This document shows, one piece after another, positions 26,055-36,200 of a stretch of DNA of 64,000 nucleotides. Made by a program: the position numbers and the translations under genes. Source of the DNA: an uncultured virus (IMG/VR IMGVR_UViG_3300044630_006877) (taxonomy: Duplodnaviria; Heunggongvirae; Uroviricota; Caudoviricetes). Below the pieces are notes generated by a model. It worked only from the letters and a program-made list of their open reading frames with translations, had not been told where the DNA came from and ran no database searches. How positions within the stretch are numbered: the stretch's first letter is position 1; the number at the start of each line of letters is the position of its first letter. The stretch is from IMG/VR virus record IMGVR_UViG_3300044630_006877; one strand, given 5' to 3'.

Positions 26055-27038
26055 TTAGGACTTGGTCACGGTCAGGTCGTTGAAGGTGCGGAAGCTGTAG
26101 GTCACCGTGCGGTTTGCGCCGTCGGTGCCGCCGCCGTTGTAGTTGGCGGATTGCAGTTTGCACTTGTCACCGAGGTCGACAACGGTTCCGTCAGCGAAGG
26201 CGATCTCGATCGACTCGTCGTTCAGCTGGTCGGCGTTGCCGTCATTGGCCTGGGCGAAGTCGCCGGACTGGGTCATGACCTCGAATTCCGCGGTCACTTC
26301 CACGGGGAACTTGACATAACGGAAGAAGGGACCCTTGCGGCCCAGCTCCATCATTTGCTCGCGACCCAGGTTGCAGTTGACGCTGACAGACTGGATGTGA
26401 GCGCTGTAACCGCTGCCGGGGATGTCGGTCAGTTTGCCGTTGCTGCCCACGCCAGGGATCACCTTGGGGAACAGGCAGTCGTCGATGACCACATGCTGAC
26501 GACGCACGATACCGGAAGGTGCAGTCGGGGACTCGGAAGTGGGAGCATTGGGGGTCCAGTAGCTGCCGCCGGATGCCCAAATCTTGTTGTTGGCTACCAC
26601 AGTCATCGACTCGGTGGCATTGCCGTCCATGGCGCTCTTGAAGCTGATAGCCGAAGCGTAGGCTCCGGACACCAGGCACTGAGCGACTGGGGTGCCGCTG
26701 GCGGACACTGCGGTGTCGGCGTGAACCGACAACACGAGGTTGCAGCGGGAGTTGGCTCGACCGATCAGGGTGTTGCTAACGCGGCCAGAGGTGGCCAGGT
26801 CGAACATCAGCGGGGTGCCGTCCAGAACTCGCTCGAGCTGGACTTCGATTTCCGGCACGCCTTCGATGTTCTGGTACAAGCTGAGCATACCCAGTTCGTA
26901 GGCTGCTTCCAGATTGTAGTTGGTGGTGATGGTTGCGCTCTGAAGGCCACGAACACGGGTATAAGTACCAGCGTTAGCGCCACTGTGTGGGCCGATTCCA
27001 ACAGCAGTGATGGCGTAGAATACACGATTGTTTGCCAC
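26055..27038 (-). CDS. major tail tube protein
   Basis: 327 aa, strongly biased codons, own promoter box and terminator, tube-like motifs (IQSVSV...REQMMELG...FPVEVTAEFE), synteny. Confidence 0.75.
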   Translation of the reverse strand: MANNRVFYAITAVGIGPHSGANAGTYTRVRGLQSATITTNYNLEAAYELGMLSLYQNIEGVPEIEVQLERVLDGTPLMFDLATSGRVSNTLIGRANSRCNLVLSVHADTAVSASGTPVAQCLVSGAYASAISFKSAMDGNATESMTVVANNKIWASGGSYWTPNAPTSESPTAPSGIVRRQHVVIDDCLFPKVIPGVGSNGKLTDIPGSGYSAHIQSVSVNCNLGREQMMELGRKGPFFRYVKFPVEVTAEFEVMTQSGDFAQANDGNADQLNDESIEIAFADGTVVDLGDKCKLQSANYNGGGTDGANRTVTYSFRTFNDLTVTKS

Positions 27039-27088
27039 GATGTTCTCCTTGACTCGGGAATTGGCCCAATGGGCTTACCATATTCAAG

Positions 27089-27094
27089 TACACC
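27089..27094 (-). promoter_or_regulatory. putative late-promoter box GGTGTA
   Basis: Intergenic, upstream of the tail tube gene. Confidence 0.55.
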
Positions 27095-27106
27095 ACCACC
27101 AATTGA

Positions 27107-28081
27107 TCAGGGTAAATCCACCGATAGTGTGGCCCGAACGACCGCCCTGAACAAAGGAGGCTTGGACGGCACCTCGGTTGATTTGATCTCTTCCCAGGTA
27201 ATCTTGCGCCAACGGTAAGTGGTGCTAGTGTCAACCATTTGCTGGTAATTGCAGCCGGACGGGTTGATTTGGCCATCGTAAGTGAGGGGGAAACACCCGT
27301 CGGTGGCCAGCTTCTTCTTGTCGACGCCCTCTATCCTGCGTTGCCATTGATTGACAACAATGTCATGCAGTTGTTTGCGATCAAATTTTGTCTCTGCCAG
27401 AATGTGGAAAACGACATCCTGGTAATGGACCCTGGAAAGATTGCCCATCTGCAACCCTTCCATGTTCACTCGTGGTACGGAACCGATAACGATAGCCGGT
27501 AACTGAACCCTATTGGCCGACAGTATGTCCCATGCGCCTGAGCCTGCTGGGGACTGGAATTGCGGGTCGGCTACATTGAAGCTGTCAAACTGCACAGACT
27601 TGAACCATTGGGCGTCGTCCATGTCCAGGCGGACATTCTTGAAAGAGAACTGGCAAGCCACCCTGGTTCCTGTCGGCACAGGAGTGTTGAAGATGATTCG
27701 CCCTTCAGGATAATTGACCTTGTAGCCGGAGACGCCGACATTGGTGTTGGGCCTGAAGGTATTGTTGACATAGATGCCGCTGATGGCGATCGGTTGCCTG
27801 TCGTATTGAATGCCTGACTCGTAAACCCAATTAGAACGGAAACCTTCCCAAATCTGACCGGCTGTGTAGCGTGGATCGCGGGCCGATCTCAGCACATACG
27901 GTTCACTTGCGTGGGAACCGACGCCGGATGGATAGGAACCTGACGGAAAAGTTACATTGGTGAACGCCCCCGTCCCAAGAAGCCCCCAGTCAAGGAATTG
28001 ATAACAAGACCACTCCAGCAGATCGCTAACGAGTGGATCTCCGTATTGCGTGACTCCAGACAGTTTGGTTAGGTCGCTCAT
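27107..28081 (-). CDS. putative tail terminator / neck protein
   Basis: 324 aa, precedes the tube; LPAIVI...QDVVFHILAE pattern. Confidence 0.6.
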   Translation of the reverse strand: MSDLTKLSGVTQYGDPLVSDLLEWSCYQFLDWGLLGTGAFTNVTFPSGSYPSGVGSHASEPYVLRSARDPRYTAGQIWEGFRSNWVYESGIQYDRQPIAISGIYVNNTFRPNTNVGVSGYKVNYPEGRIIFNTPVPTGTRVACQFSFKNVRLDMDDAQWFKSVQFDSFNVADPQFQSPAGSGAWDILSANRVQLPAIVIGSVPRVNMEGLQMGNLSRVHYQDVVFHILAETKFDRKQLHDIVVNQWQRRIEGVDKKKLATDGCFPLTYDGQINPSGCNYQQMVDTSTTYRWRKITWEEIKSTEVPSKPPLFRAVVRATLSVDLP

Positions 28082-28761
28082 GAGAATGCTTTCTTAATTT
28101 CTTCTTCCAACTCGTGTTGGATTTTGGGAAGAGCCGCATAAGCTGCGCGAGTGATCCAGTTGTCTTCTGCGGTACCGGCGTAGCTCGGGACGATGCTGAA
28201 ACCGCCACTCTCGCTTTTGTTGTTTGGATACATGATCGCATCACCTGTTCTTGAGGTCTTTGCGTTCGTGCCATACTTAACGTGATAACCGGCGACAACA
28301 ACTTCTGTTCCGCTAAATAATAACCAATACAGCCAAGGTATCACATTCTCATCACTCATATAATAAGCATCTGGAGAAGATATTAATTGATATAAAAAGT
28401 TATTAGGAATAATAACTACTTCTATCCCGCCAAAATCAGTAACATCATTATATCTTGTTCTAACAGTCATAGGTCTAATTGCAAGTTGATTGACTGTTTC
28501 TTGCACGATAGCGCTGCGTGTTGTCTCGGGATTAGACAACCCCAATTCTCCCAGCAATCCAATAGATCTTGGGCTGGCTACCTCGTTGACCAAGGCCCTA
28601 TATACCCTGCTATTTTCTAGTTGAGTTTTAAAATGACTTCGGCATTTTTCCTGAGATTTACCGATCGCTTTTCTTAAACGATACCGAACGGCTTGACCGG
28701 TAGCCCTTTGAATTTTTTTGCTTAACTCGTCCTCGTTGATTTTTATATCAAACCCGATCAC
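28078..28761 (-). CDS. putative neck / tail completion protein
   Basis: Synteny between head-closure and terminator genes; start re-called to GTG 28761 (GTGA overlap). Confidence 0.5.
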   Translation of the reverse strand: MIGFDIKINEDELSKKIQRATGQAVRYRLRKAIGKSQEKCRSHFKTQLENSRVYRALVNEVASPRSIGLLGELGLSNPETTRSAIVQETVNQLAIRPMTVRTRYNDVTDFGGIEVVIIPNNFLYQLISSPDAYYMSDENVIPWLYWLLFSGTEVVVAGYHVKYGTNAKTSRTGDAIMYPNNKSESGGFSIVPSYAGTAEDNWITRAAYAALPKIQHELEEEIKKAFS

Positions 28762-29279
28762 GCCCCGATCCTCGTCCAAGTCGCCGTCCAAAACTTGCCC
28801 TGAGCGATATTGTTGGTATCGATCGGCTCGCCATACATCTCGTAGGTCAGGCGAAGGGCGTTGGAAAGATCACTTTGGACGATGATTTTGCGAGTCTGAA
28901 GGACATCGGCCAAATCGGCTATCATTCCTTTAGTCGTTATAACTCCATCTGGCACTTGATATCTTGCTGGCATATTCTGTAAGAATTTTGCTGGGACGGT
29001 GCTGACCAACAGCTTGACGCTTTTGGTGATTTCTCTGGAGTGCAGGCCCTGACCATTGCAGGATGGGCAAACCGATCCGTTCGAGAAGGGGAGTGGGCCA
29101 CCCGTACGCCAATGGTTGGACGATTTCTGTCCGATCTCGTCATACAGACAATTGACGCAGGGTTCCCATGTCGGGGGATAAACCAGGAGACAGGTCTTCC
29201 CCAACTGATCGATGAGATCCGTGATGGCCTGTTCGGCCACCGTCCGGATCTCCTGGTCGATCGAAAAGAGGTAGGCCAT
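28758..29279 (-). CDS. putative head-closure protein with CxxC...CxxC insertion
   Basis: Start MAYLFSID (TAATG coupling); CVNC and CPSC pairs; synteny. Confidence 0.55.
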   Translation of the reverse strand: MAYLFSIDQEIRTVAEQAITDLIDQLGKTCLLVYPPTWEPCVNCLYDEIGQKSSNHWRTGGPLPFSNGSVCPSCNGQGLHSREITKSVKLLVSTVPAKFLQNMPARYQVPDGVITTKGMIADLADVLQTRKIIVQSDLSNALRLTYEMYGEPIDTNNIAQGKFWTATWTRIGA

Positions 29280-29806
29280 TACTCTACTCGGTGTCCGATG
29301 AGGTTGATGTCGCCGGTCACGCCAGAGCCGCCAGCCGACAACGTGATGATGGCGGCGGTGTTGGAGGAGCAAATCTTGGGCGGGTAAAAGTTGACCGAAT
29401 CAAAGCCCGCCGTGGTGATGGGAGCCTTGTAGACCACATTGCCCGCGCCGTCCTCGATCTTGATGGAACAGCCCGAGGCGGGGGTGGCGTTGTAGCCGAA
29501 GGACAGGCCGGTGATCAGGTGGTTGCGACCCGGGCCAGCGGCTGGCAAGGTGATGACTGCGGCAGCGTTGGTGCCGGTGGCATAGTCGCCCGAGGAAGCT
29601 GGCAAGCTGTCAGGCTTACCCTCGTACCAAGTCAGATAGCGCTGATCGAGGGATGTGCCCACGATGTTGGTATTGATGTTGCCGACCACATTGGCGCGGC
29701 GATCAAGGGTGGTGATCAGGCCGGAAGGGGCGCTTTGGGGAACGGCGCAAATGACTGCGGAGCCGTCCTTGATCGGATTGCCTCCGGGCTGGTATGCAAT
29801 TGCCAT
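29279..29806 (-). CDS. putative virion protein
   Basis: 175 aa, AGGAG RBS, small-residue beta-rich C-terminal domain. Confidence 0.55.
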   Translation of the reverse strand: MAIAYQPGGNPIKDGSAVICAVPQSAPSGLITTLDRRANVVGNINTNIVGTSLDQRYLTWYEGKPDSLPASSGDYATGTNAAAVITLPAAGPGRNHLITGLSFGYNATPASGCSIKIEDGAGNVVYKAPITTAGFDSVNFYPPKICSSNTAAIITLSAGGSGVTGDINLIGHRVE

Positions 29807-29807
29807 G

Positions 29808-30017
29808 TTAGGACTTCTCCTTGATTTTCATCGGCCAGAAAAGGTGCCCAAGAACAACGCCGACGAGCAAAGGCACCACAGGCTCGCGCTGCGACAAATC
29901 GAGAATGACCGTGCTGAAGGTGTAGTCGCTACCCCAGGCCAGAATGGCGAACAGGTCGTAGCAGGCAATGACCAGGACGATCAAGCCGATCATGACATAG
30001 GTGGGTATACCCTTCAT
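29808..30017 (-). CDS. small membrane protein (two hydrophobic segments), holin-like candidate
   Basis: 69 aa, two hydrophobic stretches, basic C-terminus KIKEKS, GGAGG RBS. Confidence 0.5.
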   Translation of the reverse strand: MKGIPTYVMIGLIVLVIACYDLFAILAWGSDYTFSTVILDLSQREPVVPLLVGVVLGHLFWPMKIKEKS

Positions 30018-30028
30018 GCCGACCTCCG

Positions 30029-30568
30029 TTACCTGACGAATGTTTGACGACCTTCCGAGACCGGATAGTAGGCCTGATCGCCGTAGCCAGCAAAGATTCG
30101 GAAGGGGCTGAGAATGGCTGCTCCCGCCACGACACCCGCCCGACCGGTCTTGTATTCCAGCTTGGCGTCTTCGTAGGCTTTGCAGTAGCCATCCTTGAGC
30201 AGGGCGATGCGTCCTTGCAGGGGACCCCTCAGGTCGATGGCGGAGGAGCCGTCCCGGATGGATATGCCCTGTCGAACCGCGTTACGGGCCTCGCCACGCT
30301 CGGTGATGCAAGCAGCTTTGAGACAGACAAGATTGATGAAGTTGTCATCCCTGGTGGGGCTGACCTCGTCGCGGTCGGTAGGGTCGGGGGTGATGCTGAG
30401 AGACTGCACATCGGCTTCGTAAACGAGCCGGAAGTTCAGTTCCGACAACACAAGCTGGGATGCAGCACAGATGGTTTGATATATGCGTTGATCCGTGAAC
30501 TGGTACGGGACCGTAAAATCGTTCAGCAGGACCCGCAGTAGGGTTCCCATTTCTGTTTGCCATGCCAT
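30029..30568 (-). CDS. head-tail adaptor protein
   Basis: MAWQTEM...LRVLLND...YQFTDQRI pattern, helical, first gene of the neck block. Confidence 0.65.
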   Translation of the reverse strand: MAWQTEMGTLLRVLLNDFTVPYQFTDQRIYQTICAASQLVLSELNFRLVYEADVQSLSITPDPTDRDEVSPTRDDNFINLVCLKAACITERGEARNAVRQGISIRDGSSAIDLRGPLQGRIALLKDGYCKAYEDAKLEYKTGRAGVVAGAAILSPFRIFAGYGDQAYYPVSEGRQTFVR

Positions 30569-30589
30569 CAGCGCACCTCCTACTGGAGA

Positions 30590-30595
30590 TACACC
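30590..30595 (-). promoter_or_regulatory. putative late-promoter box GGTGTA
   Basis: GGTGTA-N9-GGAGG upstream of ATG 30568. Confidence 0.65.
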
Positions 30596-30600
30596 GCAGG

Positions 30601-30906
30601 CTATTGGACCAGATAGACTGAAATATGGCCGGTAGCCGTGGTCAAGACATGCCCATTTGGCAGGGTGGCACGGACTTCAAAGGGGTGGAAGCCGTTGCCC
30701 AGATAGTGCATGGTGGCCCGGGCGATCATGACTTGCAGTTTGCCGTCGACGTAAGAAAGGGGCTTGTAGAAGTCGTGTAGAAATAAAATGATAGCACTTG
30801 ATGGCTCAAGTGAATCGACCGCAAAGACCAAGGGATCGGTGAACCTGTCGACCTTCAGGCTGAAATCGAGATGCGGGACGGCAAAATCGGGGAGCTGGAT
30901 CAACAT
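30601..30906 (-). CDS. hypothetical protein
   Basis: 101 aa, coupled to the upstream gene; resembles the C-terminal half of 30906-31544. Confidence 0.55.
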   Translation of the reverse strand: MLIQLPDFAVPHLDFSLKVDRFTDPLVFAVDSLEPSSAIILFLHDFYKPLSYVDGKLQVMIARATMHYLGNGFHPFEVRATLPNGHVLTTATGHISVYLVQ

Positions 30907-31544
30907 CAGTTGAAGGGGGCCGTCACGCTGAAGATACCCTTGAGCAGGGTCAACAGGTGATCATTGGCCAATCGGGTGTTGATCTCAAAGGGCCAACGCC
31001 CGCTCCCCATCTGGGCCAATTCGGTGCTGGACAGTTCTAAACGGACGGTGTTGTCCGGCAGGACGGGGAGGACTTTGATGAATCCGGGCTTCTTGGATTT
31101 GACCGTCAGGCGAACGACCGCCTCGGCAAGGGGTGGCCAGGCCTCGCTGGAGACATCGATCGACCGCCCCTCGCTGGCAAAGTAGTCATCGGTTTGACGA
31201 AAGACCACAGGGGTTCCCTCGTCGGCGACCACCGGAATGCTGAAGGTGGGAACCTTGATGGCCGAAGTCAGACGGGAGGAGATGGGGGCGTCCACATATT
31301 CCAGCAACTCCGGGTTGATGGTCATGAACGCCATTAAGTCGTTGCCAGCAAAGAACTTAACGCCACCCCGGAAGCTGGCCGGGAACTGGTCGTAGGTCCA
31401 CATGTAGTTGCCCTGACCAATCTCCACGAATCCACTGGAGATCAGGCTACCGACCAGCGCGCCGCTGGGGCTGACAAGTTGAGCCTTCAGGCTCTGGCCC
31501 GTCTTGGATACCCCAAGGACAACGCCGATCGTTGCCTTGTACAT
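30906..31544 (-). CDS. putative virion protein with BppU/Ig-like C-terminal domain
   Basis: VRLELSSTELAQMGSGRWPFEI...TLLKG pattern. Confidence 0.5.
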   Translation of the reverse strand: MYKATIGVVLGVSKTGQSLKAQLVSPSGALVGSLISSGFVEIGQGNYMWTYDQFPASFRGGVKFFAGNDLMAFMTINPELLEYVDAPISSRLTSAIKVPTFSIPVVADEGTPVVFRQTDDYFASEGRSIDVSSEAWPPLAEAVVRLTVKSKKPGFIKVLPVLPDNTVRLELSSTELAQMGSGRWPFEINTRLANDHLLTLLKGIFSVTAPFN

Positions 31545-31894
31545 TAAATGACGCCTTTGGCCTTGGCGATCTTGTCGAGAGCAGCCACAACCAGACCGAA
31601 AGCCTGGGCGACATCGGCGTCCGTGGAGGCGAGTTCGTACAGGTTGGGCACGAACAGATTGGTCTTGATGCTTGAATTGACCTCGACCCTTTCGACCGAG
31701 GTATCCTCGTTGGTTTCCGGATCGGTCACTGTCTCGGTGTAGACGCGACTTTTCACGAAAATTACATGGAGTTGGACGGGGGAGGTTACCCCATCGCCAA
31801 CCGTGCTAAATTGTTCGATGCGCCACTTGTCGAAAACCTTTTCGGCGATCGGGGGGACAACGCTGGGTTCGGTAGCTTCAATCCACTGTGCCAT
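31544..31894 (-). CDS. hypothetical protein
   Basis: 116 aa, AGGAG RBS, variant AGTGTA box at 31931-31936. Confidence 0.65.
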   Translation of the reverse strand: MAQWIEATEPSVVPPIAEKVFDKWRIEQFSTVGDGVTSPVQLHVIFVKSRVYTETVTDPETNEDTSVERVEVNSSIKTNLFVPNLYELASTDADVAQAFGLVVAALDKIAKAKGVI

Positions 31895-31941
31895 ATTAAA
31901 AACTCCTAAAAAGAAAGGGTCACCATATAATACACTTCAAA

Positions 31942-32922
31942 CTACAAGCCAAATCGGCTTTTTATCCTGCTGAATAAATAGGCGACTTGGTTGTCTGTGA
32001 ACACACTGTTGTAAAACCCTAGGTGTGTTATGTAGGCGTTCGTCAACGGGTAAGAGGTCAGTTGGGTCGATCCCGTGGCCCCACCCCTGGCAATCTGGAG
32101 CGTGGAGTGGGTAACGGCTGATCCGAAGGATTCCGTCCCCTTCTTGACCCCGTCGATGTAGACCGTCTGGGTTTTAGTCGAGAACTTGTAGGTTAAAGTG
32201 AACATGTGCCAGCCATTGCGAATGCTGGCCGTCGTGGCCCAGTTTAGCCCGCCCCCGGCCCCGTTGTTTGTCCAAGACCGGATGTTCGCCCCCGTCCCGC
32301 TTGTCGCAATGGCAAATCCATTCCAGCTGGTATCCCAGGTTGAAAGAATCCCCTGTTCGGTGGCATTGTTGCTGATGTAATACATCCAGAAATTGACGCT
32401 GAAATCGGCGCTGTTGGTCAGGCCGCAGTTGGCGTAGGCGTAGGAAGCGGCGCCATCGAAAATGAAATAGCCGTCGTTATTGACGGAATAGGTGGGGCTG
32501 CTGATGAAGGTTCCGTCGTTGCCGCTGTAGCTCAGGTCGTTCCAGGTTCCGCTGTTGGGGCCAAAATTGGTGGCGTACTGATCCAGGAATAGGGTCGCCC
32601 CCACGCAGTTAAACACATCGACATTCTGGAAAGTCTGCCCCGTCACAAAGGTGCCGTCGATGGCAGACTGTATGGTGTTGTCAGCAATAGTGACCGTGAT
32701 AATGTCGCCGGGTGAAATGCTCACTCCGCTCAGGGTGAAGACCACGGCCTCGTCGTTGTAGGCGGGGTCGGCTGTGGCTAAGGTCAGAGAAGCATTGACT
32801 GGGGCGGCGGTCGTCGTGGTCGGAGTTAGGGTCGTCGTTGTGGTTGTCGTGGTCGTGGTCGTAACCCCGACAGTCGTGGTCGATGTCGTTGTCGTGGTTG
32901 TTGGGGACGCTGTTCCGGACAT
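31942..32922 (-). CDS. LamG/ConA-like lectin-domain protein with N-terminal poly-Thr tract
   Basis: TWNDLSYSGNDGT...FDG...WHMFTLTY...YIDG; N-terminal Thr runs. Confidence 0.8.
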   Translation of the reverse strand: MSGTASPTTTTTTSTTTVGVTTTTTTTTTTTLTPTTTTAAPVNASLTLATADPAYNDEAVVFTLSGVSISPGDIITVTIADNTIQSAIDGTFVTGQTFQNVDVFNCVGATLFLDQYATNFGPNSGTWNDLSYSGNDGTFISSPTYSVNNDGYFIFDGAASYAYANCGLTNSADFSVNFWMYYISNNATEQGILSTWDTSWNGFAIATSGTGANIRSWTNNGAGGGLNWATTASIRNGWHMFTLTYKFSTKTQTVYIDGVKKGTESFGSAVTHSTLQIARGGATGSTQLTSYPLTNAYITHLGFYNSVFTDNQVAYLFSRIKSRFGL

Positions 32923-32932
32923 AGTAAAATCC

Positions 32933-33199
32933 TCAGACCTTGGTCACCGTAACTGTTATACCTGAGGTCGTGGGTACAACGGGAGAAGTGAATGGAACCA
33001 CCACAGTCGTGGCAGACTTGACAAGAGGCTTGGGCGGGGTCCTGGGTGGCTGGGCTGGCGGGTTTGTCATGCTCTTTTTGATGACGCTAATAGAAGTGCC
33101 ACCAGGATAAACCGTTGGTGGGGTTCCAGGCCCTTGGGCTGGACACCCCTGAACTCCGCTGTTCGGTCGCCTCTTGCATCGACGAGAAATGCCAGCCAT
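32933..33199 (-). CDS. small Pro/Thr-rich protein
   Basis: Start re-called to ATG 33199 (GGAGG RBS). Confidence 0.55.
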   Translation of the reverse strand: MAGISRRCKRRPNSGVQGCPAQGPGTPPTVYPGGTSISVIKKSMTNPPAQPPRTPPKPLVKSATTVVVPFTSPVVPTTSGITVTVTKV

Positions 33200-33225
33200 G
33201 ACAAAACCTCCCAATGATTGTTTGA

Positions 33226-36200
33226 TTAAGCTACGCGCCAACCGGCTGCTCCAGAACCGTTGTTGGTTGCGTCGTAAATGAGTTCTGCGAAGTCGTTAGC
33301 TGCGATGATAATGTCTACCGACTGAACACAAAACATCCTGTTGGCTTGAGTTGTGCCAGTTGTGTAGTTGTGTTTTAAAGTCAAATTGAATGAGCCTACA
33401 TTGTAGATTCTGATCATCCTGCCATCGACATGAGAACCTCCAGAAGGAGGCGCTATGCTAAATATGTTTCTTGCTGCTGTGCCGCTCAGGCGTTGAAACG
33501 CTGAGCCGCTAAGGGCTAAATCGGTCTGATCACCTGTATAGCCCCCAGGACTGCTGCTGGTGAAAGCAAAAGAGCCGCCGCCTGTCGAGGCGTTACTTAC
33601 CCTAATCTGACCCGTGCTACCGTTTTCAATAGCCGCTGTCGGAACATTGCTTGGAAATTGAAGCTTGGGGTTAATTACGGCAAACTGCGCGTAGGCATTG
33701 GCGTATATTGAACCGACATTTGCTAGGGTATTGCTGTTGCAATCTAAGCTGGCTCCTAATGTTAAAAAAGCACTAGACACTGACAACACAGTAGTGCCGG
33801 TTGAATTTTTTAAAGCAAAAGCAGCTCCAGACTGAGTGGTAATAGTAAGGGTGCTTGAATCTGTACTAAATTTAGATATAGCTGTGCCTGCGCTACTATT
33901 GAAAGTAATGGTGCCGTTGCCACCACTCGTAACCTGAGCACCTGGCTGCAAAATGATAGAGCCGCCAGCACCTGTGGTTGCGGCAGAACCGGCGACGACA
34001 GTAAAATTGCCGCCAACCCCAGTACCCATGCCCGTTCCAGCGGACAGAGTAACACCAGTGCCATTTCCGGATGATCCAGGAGGATCAACAGCGGTCATGG
34101 TTGGCTGCAAACGATTGCTTAGTCTATAGTCAGTAATATAGCTATTAGCAATTGCTGATGTCCCTGTTCCTGTTCTTTCGTCTAAAGAGAAAGAGCCGCT
34201 GCCGCCGCCGCCGTAACTATAAAATTGCTCAATTAGCACTGAAGCAATAGCTGATGTAGTCCCCTTACTGCGTCTAAGACGAAGCACGGCAGTTCCCGCC
34301 GCCTCATAAAAAATTTCAAGCTCGCAATCATGCGTGGGATTTGTGCTTTGGTTTATGGGTGGGACAATGCCGGAAAGACTAAGCTGATAATTGTTAAACA
34401 AGTAAGATTTGTTAATTCCAGATTCGCCTGGACCCCAACCAACAACAACATGTACTCTGAATGTGCTTATGCCGTAGTTCGCAAAACGAGTTAATTCAAC
34501 ATAATCACCAACGACATTCGGAAGAGTCCTAGCAAAAGATTTTCTTAGTGTGTAATTGCTACTCAAAAGAGTGGTACTGGCTGTGGGAAAACTAGCATTG
34601 CCCGAAGAGTCTATGGAGGAAAGAACAGTTCCTCCGGTGTTCTGCCACTCTTGCAAGTTCGCACTCTGCGAGGCTGCACCACGAACGACCAAGCCCTTAG
34701 TGGCGTTGCTTGTCGGCGCAACATAAGCTTGACCACCGCCAGCAGCAGTCGTGGCCCCAAATGCAACGCTGCCACCAGTAAAGTATGATGTTCCATTTGG
34801 ATTCAATAAAACATTGGCCGTTAAAGCAGTTGGGTGCAGCAGGGCAAATATATTTTTGCTTGCATCTCCTAAATAGGCAGAATACTTACCATCTGCCGAA
34901 AAGTATATCGTGTTGTCTGACTTCAAAGTTGGATATGAGCCGTTGGCATAGCCTGGCAGGTCGCCAGTCATGGCTAAGTAGCCGTAAGTGTAGTTGCCAG
35001 CTCTGACATTGCCGATGACATGGAGCTTGTCGGAAGGGGAAGTCGTGCCGATACCAACCGATCCGACATCGGGTTGAAGAGCAAGATTTATGGCGCCAAT
35101 AGCATTTTCATAAGCCTTAATAAAAGCATAGTTGCTAGTGTGAACGCCACAAGTTAGACGGAAGCGGTCGTTGGTGCTAGCCCGCTTGATCATCAACTGA
35201 CCGGTAGCACTACTAGAAGCGTCGGCAGTAATGTCAAGACCCGGCGACGTGGAAACGGGGCTGGTGCCACCAACACAGACCCTCCCACCGTTAGCTTGCA
35301 AAATTACATCGCCGAAGTTGGAACCGTAAGCTCCGGCGAAGCCGGTGCCGCCCTGGATGAACACCCGCCCGCCAGTTTTGCCTGCGGCGTTATCGGACTT
35401 GCCACCCAGCAACATGATGTCGCGACCAGAACCGGAGTTTTGATCAGCAGGAGTCTGTCCGCCCGCCCCTTCCGGCATCAAAACAACACGAGCTGTGTAG
35501 TATTCACCAAACTTGATAATAGTGGTTGTGCCGGTAGCAAGTGTTGCTGTTCCACCGTTGCCGCCATCGGTGAAGAATGCGGTCACGCGGGCGTGGGTCT
35601 GGGTGTCCGGCTCGTAGGTTGGCCAGGCCGCAATAGCGGTAGCTACGGCAGTCGTCGGGCGGGTGACGTGCAGTGGAGCACCAGGCCCCGAAGGGAAATA
35701 GGTTGCGTTAGGAACGCCGACAGCAAGGTCGCCAGTTGGATCTACATAGACTAGATTTGTACCCGAACTGTTTTGGACTTCAAGGATGTTCGCCGTCGGC
35801 GTAGCCGCCGCCTTGACAATGAGACCCTTCGTTCCCGCCGCCCCTGTGTCGATTTGGAGCTTTGCTCCGGGCGAAGTATTGCCGATGCCAACATTACCAG
35901 ATGTGTCAATTCGCATACGCTCAGCTGCCGCAGCTGATGTGGAGCCTGTCGTAAAACGAGTGCCTATTGCTCCGAATCCACCAAGAACAAATCCGTTTGA
36001 GTTGGCGTAAAGAGTACCTGACACAACATTGCCATAATTCAGCTCGACACCGGCATCTGTTGAGCCGTTTATGGAAACCGTTCTCGTTCCGCCAATTTGA
36101 TTTAGCGTTGTTGTGCCAATTCCGATATGTGATCCGCTGTCATAAATCAGCGAATTACCCACCACATTTGCGCTAGTAAATTTCGGAACATACGAAGCAG

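Noticed and set aside
26055..28761. Contractile tail sheath gene
   Set aside because: No sheath-sized gene between the neck and tube genes; organisation fits a non-contractile tail.
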